DNA of 63,481 nt, filler included, from Folioceros fuciformis (taxonomy: Eukaryota), in assembly GCA_049999805.1 (NCBI GenBank). It is 4 parts of 3 records of this genome, joined end to end, with 100 filler letters (N's around TTAATTAATTAA, not from the genome) between each part and the next. Parts side by side here need not be neighbours in the genome. Positions count along the whole stretch, not along the records: positions 1 to 28,236 come from JBNGIO010006283.1; 3 more parts are not named here. One strand, written 5' to 3'. How positions within the stretch are numbered: position 1 is the first letter of the stretch; every line of letters begins with the position of its first letter. The notes under the pieces were generated by a model that was not told where the DNA came from, made no database searches, and was given only the letters and a program-made list of their open reading frames with translations. Positions 1 to 12,839 of the stretch are shown here, one piece after another. A program made the position numbers and the translations under genes.

Positions 1-2399
1 GCTGACTGGTGTACGGGCTGAGGCGAATCCAGGCAACGGCTTGGCCAGCTCTCAGGCAGCAGCGGGCATTGGCAGCTGGGGTCGGGTCCTGAAGCTAGTC
101 AAGTAGCCGAGATCTTGTGAAGTGATCAGTCGGGTTGGTTGTAGCAGCTCGGAGTCGGAACTAGGCCGAGTGGGCATCGGATTTAGCCAAGAGCGAGCCA
201 GGGAAGTTGGTGGCTGGTGAAACGGCTAGCCACGGCTGGAGCCAGGCAGCGTTCTGGCTGATCGGCTAGCTGGGGCCACTACAAGGGGTGCGGCCGAGCT
301 GCAGGCGATCCGGGTTTGGTAGATGGGCTAGCCGGGTGGGGCTAGTGGATCGGTGTCGCCAACAGACAGGTAGCCTGGTAGGGGTGGAAATCAGAATGGG
401 TAGGCGGGCCTCGGGCTGTTACACGCCGTGCTACTGGCAGGTAAGGCTGGCAGGTGGAGCGCTAGCCAGGCAGTCGCCTGCCGACTAAAGGGGCAGATCG
501 GGACGCAGCGAGTTGGCTGCCCAATTCGGTAGCCACGCTGGCGGCCTGGCTGGTCGGCTAGCCGTGTTGGCAGTGGCTGGAGGCAGGCGGTGGCACCGGA
601 TCTAGGCCAGGCAAGCGGCGTTGGATCCGCAGGTGTAGCAGGCCAAGGTAGGATCCAAGCTCGGGTCCTAGTTGGGCCTAGCAGGCCGGCTGGGTGTAGG
701 GCAAAGGCTGGCAGGCGGATCCCGCCAGGCAGCAAGCAGGTAGGCAGCTTGGCCCATCAGCATGGCAAGTGGGCGCCTAATTGGATTGGCAAGAGGAGTA
801 GCAGGGGGGCCGGCTTAGCAGCGACCAGCTGCTGAGCAGCAGCTAGGTCAGGGGCCGATCGGGGTGCGGATCCACTGGCTGGGGCGACCTGGCAGCTAGG
901 GGCCTCTGGCCAGCTGGTTGGGCAAGCGGGACAAGTGGATTTGAGGGGGGTTGGGCTAGTGGCATGGCTAGCTGTCTTAGCCAGGTGAATGGCCGGCCAC
1001 GAGCAACCGAGATGAGCCGTGATGGCTGGCCGAACAAGGGGGTTGCTGGCTGGAGATGGTGGTGAGGAGTCTGGTTAACAACCCAGCCCGCTCCAATTGC
1101 AAGCGGGCAGTAGGCGGCCTACGGGCTGGCCGCCTAGCCAGATCCAGGCAAAGGCAGGCTAGCCAGTCGAGTCTGGTCGGCTGGCCAGCTAGCTGAATCA
1201 GGAAAATAGCAGGTGACTCGGTAACCAGGCGAGCTGACTAGATCTAGTCCTGATCAGCCAGAGACCGAGCAATTGGGATAGTCGCAGTTTGGCTGGAAGC
1301 AGAGCTAGGAGAGTCACGGCGTGCTAGCCGAATCCAATCAGTGGCTGAGGACAAGCGGTTGAATCCGAGAGCACCCAGGCACGGACGGACTTGCACTTAG
1401 TGCACTGCAAACCAAGGAGAGCAGTTTGTTCCAAATCCCGGTCAAACCAGGTGCAATGCAAATCAACTGACCCCATCGGCGGTTCTGTATGGTCGTTCCT
1501 TCGGGCTGGACAAAATGGTCTCAACCGGATCTAGTAGCCGAAGACTGGCCAGATGGCTGGTTGGGCAGCCAGTAGGCCTAACAGCCGAGTAGGCGTCTTC
1601 CCCCTGTAACAGCCGAGTAGGCGGCTGCCCAGGGGGAAGACAGAGGAGTGTCCCGAGGGACACGCTAAGGATGACAGCCTGACACTAAAACACTGGTGGT
1701 AGGCTACTGCCAGGCTATCTTAGGGCGTGGGGATGGCGTTGGGGGGGGCGTGGACTGCCCCACTCAAGCATCGAAGGCAAGGGTAGTTCATCCCCTGTAC
1801 CATGGCAGCCAGTGACCGTAATTAGCATACGGCTTGCCATCCGCGGTTAGTGGGTTGGAACTGACTCGCTACAACAGGCGGATGGCCGGATGCTAATTGC
1901 GGCGATGGGTGATGATGGATGGTGTGTGCCATGCTAGGACGCAACGCCCTGGGGTTATCTGCTCAAGGGCATCAGTCCAGCAGACCAGTCAAGTAGCTTG
2001 GAGGGTGGTCCGCTAAGGACATAAGTGACACTTGGCTTTCCATCCATGAGTAGCAACCCTAGTTGCTTGTAGGCCGAAGGCCTAGCCTAGGTGTGCTACT
2101 CGTGGTGGGAAGCGCAGCGGTGGTTATGTTGATAGGATGGCGGATTCCTTATTCAGGAGCGCTTGGTGGGCAGGTTGCAGGGCCAGGAGTCTTGGCCAAC
2201 CGTGGCCAGCAGGATGGAGGGAAGGACCTAAAGATGGGAGACTTTGGGGAAGAAGGCAGGATAATCAGAGGGAGATGATTTGACCCGGGACGGAAGAGGG
2301 ATGTTGAGAGGCACCCCTGATCTTTGCTAGATGTGACGGGCTGATAATTGTGGGCAGCTAACGGTGTCAAGGGGCAATGGGCAATTAGAAGCAGGTGTA

Positions 2400-2695
2400 G
2401 ATTAGAGTTAGAATTCTAGGTTAGGTTAGGTCTAGGTTAGGTTTAGGTCAGACCTAGGTCAGGATAGGTTAGGTTTAGGTTAGGTTTAGGTTAGGTTTAG
2501 GTTAGGTCTAGGTTAGATTAGGTTAGGCTTAGGTCAGACCTAGGTCAGGATAGGTTAGGTTTAGGTTAGACCTAGGTTAGGTTAGGTCTGGGTTAGACTT
2601 AGGCTAGGTCTAGGTTAGATTTGGGTTAGGTTTAGGTCAGATCCAGGTTAGGTCATACCTAGGTCAGGTTTAGGTCAGAACTTGGTTAGGTCAGA
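2400..2695. repeat. Degenerate (TTAGG/TTTAGG)n-like simple-sequence tract
   Basis: About 300 bp of GGTTAGGTTTAGGTTAGG-type 5/6-mers with GTCAGACCTAGG variants. Confidence 0.85.
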
Positions 2696-3519
2696 GAGAG
2701 GAGGTAGGGTAATTGATTCAGGTTAACCCTAGTAGACAGAGATAGAGGGTAGGCAGATAAGAGGGGAGACCTGCCATTGAGGGGGGGCGGTCTATGGTGA
2801 GAGGTCCCCGGATTTTGTGGGTAGAACTCCTGGCTTAGGGCGTTAAGCCGGTTGAGGTCGACCCAAAGTCCTGATTCCCCTTGCCACTAGGGGAACGTGG
2901 GGATCCCGGGGCTGTCAAGATCCGTGTGGCCGGATCCGCAAGGGCTACATGATTCGCAGGTTGGCTGAAGTGAAGGAACAGGACCGTGAGCTGAAGGGCT
3001 ATCGAGTCCTAGATCCACACTATGCTTGAAGGCTGCAAGAACTGAAGCCATTGTGCCCTAATTTCCAGGGGGGAGAGCTGAAGAAAAAGGAGGAAGTGGA
3101 ATGCATAGAAGTGAAGAGTGAGCTCCTGAAGAGTAGGAGTGTGTGTTGAAGTGGAGGGTGAAGGACTGAAATGAAGAGGAAGGGACTGAAGTAGGAATCT
3201 TGGAGGACTGAAGTGAAGAGGAAGGGACTGAAGTGGGAACCTTGAAGAGCTGAGGTCAAGGAGAAAGTGGCTGAAGTGGGAATCAAGAAGAGGATTGAAG
3301 AACAGGAGTGTGAGTTGGATGAGCTGACTTAGGGGGTAGGCTAGGCTTCTAGCCCTTTTGCTGGGAGTATATGGACAGACCTATAGACCGGCTAATAGGT
3401 AGAAGTGTGATAGGTAGTGTTCCTTGGCACTAGTTCACTCCCTTGGGAGCGAACCATAGGACTGCAACGACAATAGGGGAATGTGTGGCCCCTTGGGTGG
3501 TTCTTGGGTGCAAGAAATC

Positions 3520-4672
3520 ATTCCATATATTTTAACAAGGTGCTTCAATGTTTCAATATGGAGAAGGGGAAGGTATTGAGTACTTCGTTGCCTCCATATG
3601 TGAAACTTGCAAGCAAGGATTGCCCAAGCTCGGTGGAGGACAAAGCTGAAATGGAGAAGGTTCCATACTCATCAGCTGTAAGGAGTTTGATGTATGCAAT
3701 GATTGCTACACATCTTAACATTGCCTTTGCAGTGGGAGTGGTTAGCAGGTTTATGTCAAACCCTGGCAAGAAGCATTGGGAGGTAGTGAAAGGAGGTATG
3801 AGGTACTTGAATGGTACGAAAGCTTTGTGCTTATGTTTTGGTAGTGAAGATGCATATGTAGTGGGATATACGGATGCTGATTATGCAGGGGATATGGACA
3901 AAAGGAGGTCCACATCAGGTTATGTCTTCATGTGCATTGGAGGAGCAGTCTCATGGCGATCTCGTTTGCAATCGTGCATAATGCTATTTACCACAGAGGC
4001 CGAGTATGTTGCAGCGATTGAGGCTTGCAAGGAAGCATTGTGGCTTGCTCGTTTAGTGGGAGATTAGGGGATCAAGGTTGAGCTGCTAGTGGTCATTGTG
4101 ATAGCCAGAGTGCTATCAAGTTGGCGAAGAATCTAGTGTTTCATGCGAAGACCAAACATGTGGAACTGAAGTATCACTTCATTCGTGAGGTGTTGGAAGA
4201 CAAGAGGGTACAACTTGTCAAAGTTCACACCAGTCAGAACCTTGCAGATGTTCTTACCAAGGGGCTCTCTTCGGAGCAATTCGCACAAGCTCGGACACTC
4301 ATGGGCATGAGTTAGACCGCTCTCCTATGAAGGTAAATTGGCCTTTAAGGGGGAGGTTGTAGGGTTATTAAAGCCCAATGAGCTTAGACTAATATGTTTA
4401 GTCTACGATTAGTTCTAGTTAAGTACCATTAGTTTAGATTAGCTTAAGCTAATCTGTAGGAAGCTTCTTACGCAGCTTCCTGTGCGCTTCTTGTGAAGCT
4501 TCCTAGGGAGCTCTTCTAGAGGGTATAAATAACCCCTTGAGCTCCCTTGCTATGAGAGACTTTATTGTGAGAGTGTGACCTCTCTTTCTCCTCCTCCTTG
4601 CCTCTCCTCGTTCACCATGCTCCTCTAGCGATCCTTCATCCAGCTCCTGTGCGCGTAGAAACACCTTCTACA
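3520..4672 (+). mobile_element. Ty1/Copia LTR retrotransposon 3' remnant (RT C-terminus, RNase H, PPT, 3' LTR)
   Basis: ORFs 3483-4067 and 4121-4315 carry VPYSSAVRSLMYAM, GYTDADYAGD..RRSTSGY, TTEAEY, HCDSQSAI and TKHVELKYHFIRE. There is a stop at 4065-4067 and a frameshift. A polypurine tract AAGGGGGAGG lies at 4347-4356. Confidence 0.93.
4358..4672 (+). repeat. 3' LTR of the Copia remnant (315 bp)
   Basis: Starts TGTAG just after the PPT and ends CTACA (5-bp terminal inverted repeat); internal TATAAATA at about 4524. Confidence 0.8.
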
Positions 4673-4699
4673 TTTCCTGATTTGCTTCATGCGCCTCTC

Positions 4700-6400
4700 T
4701 GACTTGGGTCGAGAGCAGATTTCTGCTAATTCTTCATGGCTTGCACCTCTTCCCGTGCCTTGCGCAATTCTTCCTGCACTTGAGCTCTTACTTCGCCAAG
4801 GGCCTATTGGGCTTCTTCTAGCTATTTCCGTCTCGCTTCCTCTTCAGCCAACTTGGCTTGAGCCACCTCATTTTGGTGTCCCTGCATACTCAACCAAGAG
4901 AGCGCCAACGCAGCCTGATCCAGCATGTCCGCCTGTGCCCAGACCATGGCCGCTGTCAACCATGGTAGGTCCACTCGAGGAGGGGTTCTGCCGGTAGCCA
5001 TTCCTCTGTCCAGTATTCCCTTCCCAGCAAAGTGCACACTCCAGCTAGCTCCTCCGCGTCCAAGTTCACCACCAGGGGAGTGCCCTTAAGGACTTCTTCC
5101 CATCCAGGGATGGGGTGCCCTCTTACTTGGTTCCCGTCTTCCTAGCCATCTCCTACAGCGCGAGATTCACTTTGGACCTCGTGATACGCACATTTGCTTT
5201 CCTCCTCTTTGCAGGAGTCTTCTTCCACCTCTGGGGTCAGCCCTAATTTCTCCAAAACTAGTGCAGCCACATCAGCAGGCTTCTCTCCCGCTGGCGGTGC
5301 CTTTTTAGCTGATTCTAGGGATGGGGTGCCCTGTTGCTTGATTCCCGTCTCCTGCAGCGCAAGATTCGCTTTGGACCTCGTGACGCACGCATCCACTTTC
5401 CTCCTCTTCGCAGGAGTCTTCTTTTTCCCCCCACCTTCTGTTTCCTGTTGACGGTGGCCTCCTCTTCTGAGCTGCTGGTTGCTCTAGATTCCTAGCTGCT
5501 CAACTCCAACTTTGCATCTTCCTTGGGCTCATTTGGCTTCCATTTAATCTCCCTAACTGGCCGCCACATGTGCAAGGAAGCTACAATGTCCAGCTCAGGC
5601 AAATAGTTAACATGTGAGTAAAGATGGACAAGGAAGGGAGAAATCAAAGATGGCCAAGGAGTGGGGGCGGTCAGACTTTGCCTCTCCTTACTCAACCCGT
5701 GGAAGATAATTTTTCCCTAGTCGATCCTCCTCTCCTTGACCACCTCATGCAGAAACAGCAGCATATGGTCAGATAGATAATCCTACTTCTTGTGTTGTAG
5801 GAAGCAGAGGAGCCATTTGGCTAAGCCCATGAACTGTGCAGATGCCATCTCGCGTGTCAACCAACCATTAGGCTCTTGTCCTATGCCCGCCTTGAACAGC
5901 GCCGTTGCTGCTGCCATTGTGCTCCGCCTCCGAAGGGATTCGATTACGATCCCTCCAACTTCCTCCTCGCCGCCCATACACCAGACCCAGGTCCCAATCC
6001 TCCAACCTATCCCTAATTCCTCCCATCGGCGCCTTAGCCCGCAGCTGCTATGCACACTCCTGCACCAGGCCTGGGTTCGCGTAGTTCTAGCATTTTGCCA
6101 TCAACTTGAGACCTAGCTTCTCCACCAAATCACCTGCCCGGACCCTCCAATGGTCCATGTTTGGCCAGAGGGCAATCTTGACCTGCGCCAAGGGCCGGGA
6201 TGTGACATTCCTGCAAGAATCAACTGCCGTTAGCTCAACCGCCACTTCTGCCATCTGTCGCCGCTCCAAGGTTGCTTGAGCGCCGCCTCCACCGCCTAAG
6301 CCCGCTCCTCGTAGCCTCGCATTTCCTCAAGCCTGGTTGGAGATGGCCACTGTTGCGGTACCTGTTGCCTCCTCCCTGGTCACCCCGTTCAAAAGAAAGC
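4700..6400 (-). pseudogene. Decayed protein-like ORF, probably a transposon accessory gene
   Basis: Broken minus-strand frames read protein-like (WLLCFLQHKK*DYLSDHMLLFLHEVVKERRID*; PSLISPFLVHLYSHVNYL). A ~65-bp direct repeat sits at about 5157 and 5355. Family not recognised. Confidence 0.3.
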
Positions 6401-8363
6401 ATGTGCTTTCATTTGCCTGCGCTTTCAAAATGACTATACTGTCTTTGGGGTTTCCCCGTTATATAAGCTTTTGCGAATTGTTCAAAGGCTAAAGGCCAAG
6501 GAACAATGAGCCCCCCTCGTCCGAGGACCAGTTATTGGTCAGACCAACCTCAAAACTAAAAACTCATAGGCCAAGGAACTTTTAAGTATAAATACCTCGG
6601 CCTACTAACAACTTGACTTTGTTCCACACCAAACTTAGCCAAAAAAAAAAAAAAATCACTCCAACGCACACCTTAGCAAGTAGTTCCTCGTTATCAGATC
6701 ATTCACAGCAATGCTGTAAACTCAATGGGACAACATGCCAAATGGGATCTTATGTTGACAATGACAACTCCAAAACTACATGTAGAGAAAGAAAAAGCTA
6801 AGGGGTGGGCCAAACCTATGCAAAATCTAATCGCTAAGACAAACATTGTTAGTGCAATTTAAAATGTGTGGATGTCAAGTCAGGCCAACAGCCCTCTCCT
6901 TTACCTGAAGAAGAACGAATATGAGCCCGAGAAGACATAGGGATGGATGAGTTCGAAAGAAGAGCTCTTAGAAGGGTTGAAAGTTGGAAGTCCATAACAA
7001 TTGTTTCTTAGATGCGGTGAAGCACATCCTCCACACAAATACTGCAAAACAGTATGGCATTGGGTGCAATAACCAAAAGGAGTACAAATTGCACTATAGT
7101 TTACTAACACATAATGCAAAAGTTAGTCTTACTACATTGTGTACTCATAGTTTTTGTACTTTGACCATAAGTCAACATGCACATTTGTAAGTAATCTGGT
7201 CTTTAGCCATGTTGGGTAGTCTTACCAAAGGTGCAATGTGCAGCTTTCGTTTTTTTCTTATTTACTCTTTAAGAAAGAGTAACCTAGTTTAACCTAGTTT
7301 CTTTGTGGAATCCAAAGCTTTGGCTTTGCAACCCCAATGGTAGGTAGACCTTTGTCCTCCCAAACCATGATGCTTTAGCTGCTATTGGTAGTCATTAGAT
7401 TTCAGGGGGTTAGCCCCTTGTGGTCCTATCATGGTTTATCTCCCTCTTTAGAGATAGATGGGTTTTCCCATCTTTTTTTGTTCTCGAATAAATAAATGAT
7501 TGCTCCTAATGGGTGCCTTTATGTCCAACCCAAAACTTTGTAGATAATTAGCAATATTTTTTTATAAGAAGATTGTATAGGTGAAATAGTACTTATTAAA
7601 CATTCCATTTATTGGTTGTGCTCAAATTCATAAATTCAAGCTATATCACCTAGAAGATAATAAGATACTCAAGTCTTGGCATTTAAAATCAATTCCTAGA
7701 AGATATTTACTAAAAAAATATCATACAAATTATTCTAGTAAAGATCTAAGTATATTGAAGTTAGTTGTCTATCGCTCCATGTCCATCCTTGGAATTCTCT
7801 ACTGCAATGTAACTCTAATTTAAAAACATTTATTACTCTTTAATTTTTAACACAATCCAATTTATTACCTTGATTATAATGCTCAACTCATGACAAAGAG
7901 TTAAGAAACTCAGACCATAAGCATGTTTGCATATTTGCAATGAGTTTATCAAGATACACCATTCGAATTAGACACCTTTTGCACCAGAATTGTCCATTTT
8001 CTTAATTTCCCTGAGAAGTACAAAGTGATTCAAACCCTAGTGTGCCCGACACTTGTCCGCGCTCTGAATCCTACCTCTTACTGGGACACTTGGTAATATG
8101 CGTTCTCCAACAACCTGATAAACATGTAACGATGCTGCTCGTTCTCGTCACCCAGGTTCTTTGAACCAAAGTGCAGTCATCGGCCCTCTGGCTTGACCGG
8201 GAGATTAGGAGCAACATTTGTTCAAGGTAGGAGCCAGATATCTTCACAAATATTTTCTTTGACATCAATTTCACGTTCAACACACTGAAACACCTCAAGG
8301 TGTCCAGGTAAAGCATCTTTGCTCAATCAGCAGACGTTATCCACAACTGTCTGCGCGAGCTGA

Positions 8364-10812
8364 TCACCGGCAGTAGATAGCTCGGTCGATCTGTGGGGGG
8401 ATAGGCTTGATCTCAGTGCCAAGCTCTTGCTCAATGCGATACCTGCACACAATGATTAATGAGCAACGGCATGTGCTAAGAATTGTATGGGTTACATAAT
8501 GGAAGCAATAGCCAAGGCGCCGCTGTCCTCCACTTACAGATTGAAGCGATCTTCGTATGTGATCAAATTTACTGCAAGCCCAAGATGACCAAACCTACCT
8601 GAGCGCCCAACCTGCCAGATGAATGAAACGTTTTGTCACATGCGGCTGCAATTAAAACAATACACAGAGCGCAGACTTAACCAACACGGACAGTCTGTGT
8701 AATTGCTTACTCTGTGAAGATACGTTTCAGAATTCTTCGGGAAATCAAAATTGATGACAACATTTACAGCTTGGATATCAATCCCCCTGGTGAATAGATC
8801 TGTCCCACGCAACAAACGAAATTACGTCGCCTTCACTGCAGAATAATAATGACATTGAGAACCTCATCGGCAAAAACACCGGACGTCCAAGGCACAGAAA
8901 AGACACTTGCCTGAGGACACAAGGTTGCGACAGGCACCATTTCTGAAATCATGAAACACTCGGTTCCGATGTGACTGCAACATCTTGGCATGGATGTAGA
9001 AACACGAATAACCCAGCTCTGTAATTTTTTTGGCCAAGAGCTCCACGCGATTAACGGAATTGCAGAATATGATTGACTGATTGATTTGGAGCTGCACCGA
9101 ATCAACTAGTCTGAATCAATACACAAGGCAACATGAAATAAGGAAAACAACTCCTTGAACAAAATGTTTCAATTTGAGAAGACTGGGAGACCAGGAAAGC
9201 AGGTCTTACCTTTGAGAAGAGAGTGTTGAGGCAGTGTACCTTTTGCCTTTCCTCGACAAATGCATAGTACTGAGTTATACCCTTGAGAGTCAGCTCATCC
9301 ATGAGGTTTATCACATATGGCTTACGCAAAAATCTATCCTTGAAAGATTTAACTGTTACAGGAAACGTGGCTGAATAGAGCAATATTTGGCGGCTCTCTG
9401 GTAAGAAGGAAATAAGCTGCTCAACTAATGGCTGGAATTCGGGAGAGAGAAGCTTGTCCGCCTGGCGCATGAAACCACAGCAATCAGTAAAGAACCCAGA
9501 GACTTTCCCTCATGACACAAATTCCACGAGCCATCTAGCACGTCACTACAGGCTGCATAATTCAAGGCCTCAAATTCAACAATATCCTACGTCAGAATTT
9601 CAGCATATGCCACTGCGAACCACACCCCTGCCTCAAACCAGCAGCTGCTAAAGGAGAGACCCGAAGTGAAAGAGCAATCCAGCCAGTTGAACTGGTTACC
9701 TCATCCATCACAAGCATTGAACAGTCTCTTAAGTTACAGACACCTTTGTTTGCCAAATCCAACACTCGACCAGGCGTTCCCACAAGAAGGTGTACAGGCT
9801 GATATAGCCGCATGATATCATCTTTCAAACTCGTACCACCAGTGGTAACCATGATCTGAATGTTCAGATGCTTTGCCAGTTCTTTACACACTTGAGATGT
9901 CTGCAGGGCCAGCTCCCTCGTTGGCACAAGAAGCAAAACTGCACAGCGAACACAGCTCAAAACTTTGAGCTAAGAGAGAGCCTATCGCAGCCATGGTAAA
10001 GCAGCTACTGTGAAACATTACCTTGGATAGCATTTTTGACGGGGTCGATTTTCTCAATGGCTGGTATACAGAAGGCCGCAGTTTTACCAGTCCCATTCTT
10101 TGCTCTGGCCAAGATATCACTGCCTGTTAGAGCAATTGGAATGCTCTCCTCCTGAATGGGTGAAGGTCTCTCGAACCCCTTCTCGTAGATTCCCATGAGC
10201 AATTCCCGCTTGAGAAAATAATCCTCGAATTCATTTCCCTTCGTCGCTGTAACATCCTGCTCAGAAGAACGAGTCAGCCTTCTAGGGCATGGTACAAGCC
10301 CTGCTTCCAAAACAGTACCCGAACAACACCGTGCCTCCCGACCACTACAATTGGTGCCAGAACCTTTGAGGGTCCACAGAGCGACCAGGGAGAGAAGTCA
10401 ACACATACCTCAGTTTTGAATCGAGAATCTACGGGAGGAAGCTTCAACTGCGCTTTCCAGTCTTGCAAACTGTGGCCGCGCGATTGTCAGCGACCAAGAA
10501 GGAATCAAAAACGACGATTCGCCCTAACAAGCTGCAGAACGCGTGAGCTGCTTCAGTAAGGAAGCGTGCAGAAACGCACCTAGAGCCGCTTTGAGGAAGA
10601 GCAGAAGCCTGGCTGTGATCCGATGGTGCAGATAGAGGAGACGGCAGCGAAGATTGGAGCTGGTGGTCTACCGTTAGATGACCTTGCTGCTGCTGCGACT
10701 GAGGACCCTGATGCACCGAAGGTTGGTAAACGTGGCCGCGAGCGCCTCTGCCATGAGGACCGCCGGATGGTCGCTGCTGGTATTGATACTGGCCTCCCCG
10801 AGATTGTAACAT
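8364..10812 (-). CDS. DDX6: DEAD-box RNA helicase of the DDX6/Dhh1 (plant RH6/RH8/RH12) clade, 480 aa, 9 coding exons
   Basis: Exons 10812-10580, 10469-10409, 10256-10022, 9938-9700, 9461-9210, 9091-8911, 8799-8711, 8611-8538, 8442-8364 total 1443 nt in frame. Motifs: [27 protein letters not shown] (split by an intron), SAT, HRVGRSGR, C-terminal IDRAIYCR; Q-rich N-terminus. Confidence 0.96.
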
Positions 10813-11932
10813 GTTGAATGGCGAGGCCAGAGTGTGACAGTTGCAGTCTACCAGACGGGGAAAGTGACGAAAACTACTATTAGTAGTGCAACGCAAGCGC
10901 GCTTGCACAGGATGGGCATATCTAGGCGTAGATCTCTCAAAAGCACAAATTAGCAAGCTAGAGGCAGTTTCATTCCACAAAGAAGCCAGCCGCCGCGGAG
11001 AAAGTCATGCGCATAAACCTAACTATCTGCAGCAGGTCGGCGCGCACATCGCAGAATCGTGGAATGCAGGTGTGATCGGCGAGCTCACAGTCCAGCTTCC
11101 CTGCCGACACTGCTCGGCCCGTCTTCTCCGCGCCTGCACTCGTCGCCTGCTAAGGGTAGGGGTACGGGAACACACAGGAATAACACAAGCCCGTCATTTC
11201 CCTCGCTAATTCAGGCTATCTTATGTATCTACCTACATTGGTACTTCTTTTAAGTCTCTTCAGCTCGAATTCGTCTGCCCTCCGACCTTTTAGTGACATT
11301 TTTAACTTTGCCTCTAGCGAGTTAGAAGAGGTGGCCTCTCTCTGTACTCTATGGTGGAGGTCTATAGAGAACTAGTGTCATCGTCCTCCATTCGGTGCCC
11401 GGCTAACGTAAGTATGTAGAAGGACAACAAGTGAAGGCAAGCGACAAGTTGCAGGAAGCCATATAGAACAACAATAAGTGAGGGCAAGTGATAAGTTCGA
11501 GTAAGCCGTATAGAACAACAATAAGTGAGGGCAAGCGACAAGTTCTCGTATCTAAGCCATATGTTATCAGACATGTTCAGGTATCTTCTTTTGTATATTG
11601 AGGGCAATAAACAAGTTCCAATAAGCCACATGTTCTGGTATGTAAGCCACATGTTCTAGTATCTTCTAGTGGTAAGTAGCTTCTTTCGTATACTAGTCAT
11701 AAGCTATCCTTGTTTTGGACTATCCATGATGCTGTAGGAACTATAAAATGCAGTGAGGAGCTATATGAGTAGGCATTACAAGGTTAATCCCATTCCCCGT
11801 CTATGTTTTTGTCCCTCCCCTATGAAGACTCCATTACCACATAAAACTAAACTCATGAACACATGCTTATAAGAACTTAGGAATTATGCATCTTGCATTT
11901 TTTCTCTCTCTACATGCAATTTTGAGGTGGCC

Positions 11933-12256
11933 ATTGTCGATGCAAGGTCTCATTTGCAACTTTGTCTCTACATGCAATTTAGAGGTGGCTATTGTCGACA
12001 CAAGGTCTCATTTGCAGCTTTGTCCCATCATGGAACACCGTACTGCCACCATTTGCAACTTTGTCCCATCGTGGAGCACGGTATTGCCATCATTTGCAAC
12101 TTTGTCCCATCTGGAGCACCGTATTGCCACCATTTGCAACTTTGTCCCATCGTGGAGCACCGTATTGCCACCATTTGCAACTTTGTCCTAAAGTAGAGCA
12201 CCACATTGCCACCATTTGCGACTTTGTCTCGTAGTAGAGCACCACATTGTCACCAT
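11933..12256. repeat. Minisatellite, ~41-bp unit, about 6 copies plus 2 longer variants
   Basis: Unit CATTTGCAACTTTGTCCCATCGTGGAGCACCGTATTGCCAC recurs at 12050, 12091, 12131, 12172 and 12213. Confidence 0.9.
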
Positions 12257-12454
12257 GATGCAGTTCAACATGTCATGATTTCAATGACTAGGGAATGTGG
12301 GTTTCTTTTGTATAAGAAGTGTTTATGTACTTTACGCAGCGACCGACCTTTTGTGCACTAGAGAGGAACAAGTTTGTGTCACAGATGTATTGTTACGGAT
12401 TTCACTAGGAAATCGATTTGTGAGTATGTAATCATCAAGCCCCCTATATCGGCA

Positions 12455-12839
12455 ACAAGGGTTGTGCAAGCATCAATGTTATTTACCCTAATTGTATTGA
12501 CAAATAGGACATTGCTTAAAAGTGCACACTCTGTAGATGTCGTGTTGTGTTGCTAAACATCGTACTTATACATAGTTCATTAGTTAATAACTATTCACGC
12601 CACACCAAATTACACACACATAAATCACTGCATGACGGTGTGGTTGCTTTATTACAAGGGTTGTGTAAGCATCAATGTTATTTACCCTAATTATATTGAC
12701 AAACAAGACATTGCTCAAAAGTGCACACTCCATAGATGTCGTGTTGTGTTGCTAAACATAGTACTTATACATAGTTCATTAGTTAATAATTATTCACACC
12801 ACACCATATTACACACATAAATCAGTGCATGATGGTGTG
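12455..12839. repeat. Tandem duplication, 199-bp period
   Basis: ACAAGGGTTGTG(C/T)AAGCATCAATGTTATTTACCC... begins at 12455 and again at 12654. Confidence 0.9.

Noticed and set aside
288-2370. Short ORFs in the GC-rich first 2.4 kb
   Set aside because: Low-complexity translations with no recognisable motifs; expected by chance at this GC content.
2400-2695. True interstitial plant telomere
   Set aside because: The units have GG rather than the GGG of TTTAGGG and are heavily degenerate.
11933-12256. Regular 41-bp repeats as a possible CRISPR array (also 40964-41128)
   Set aside because: No unique spacers, no cas genes and a eukaryotic context; ordinary minisatellites.
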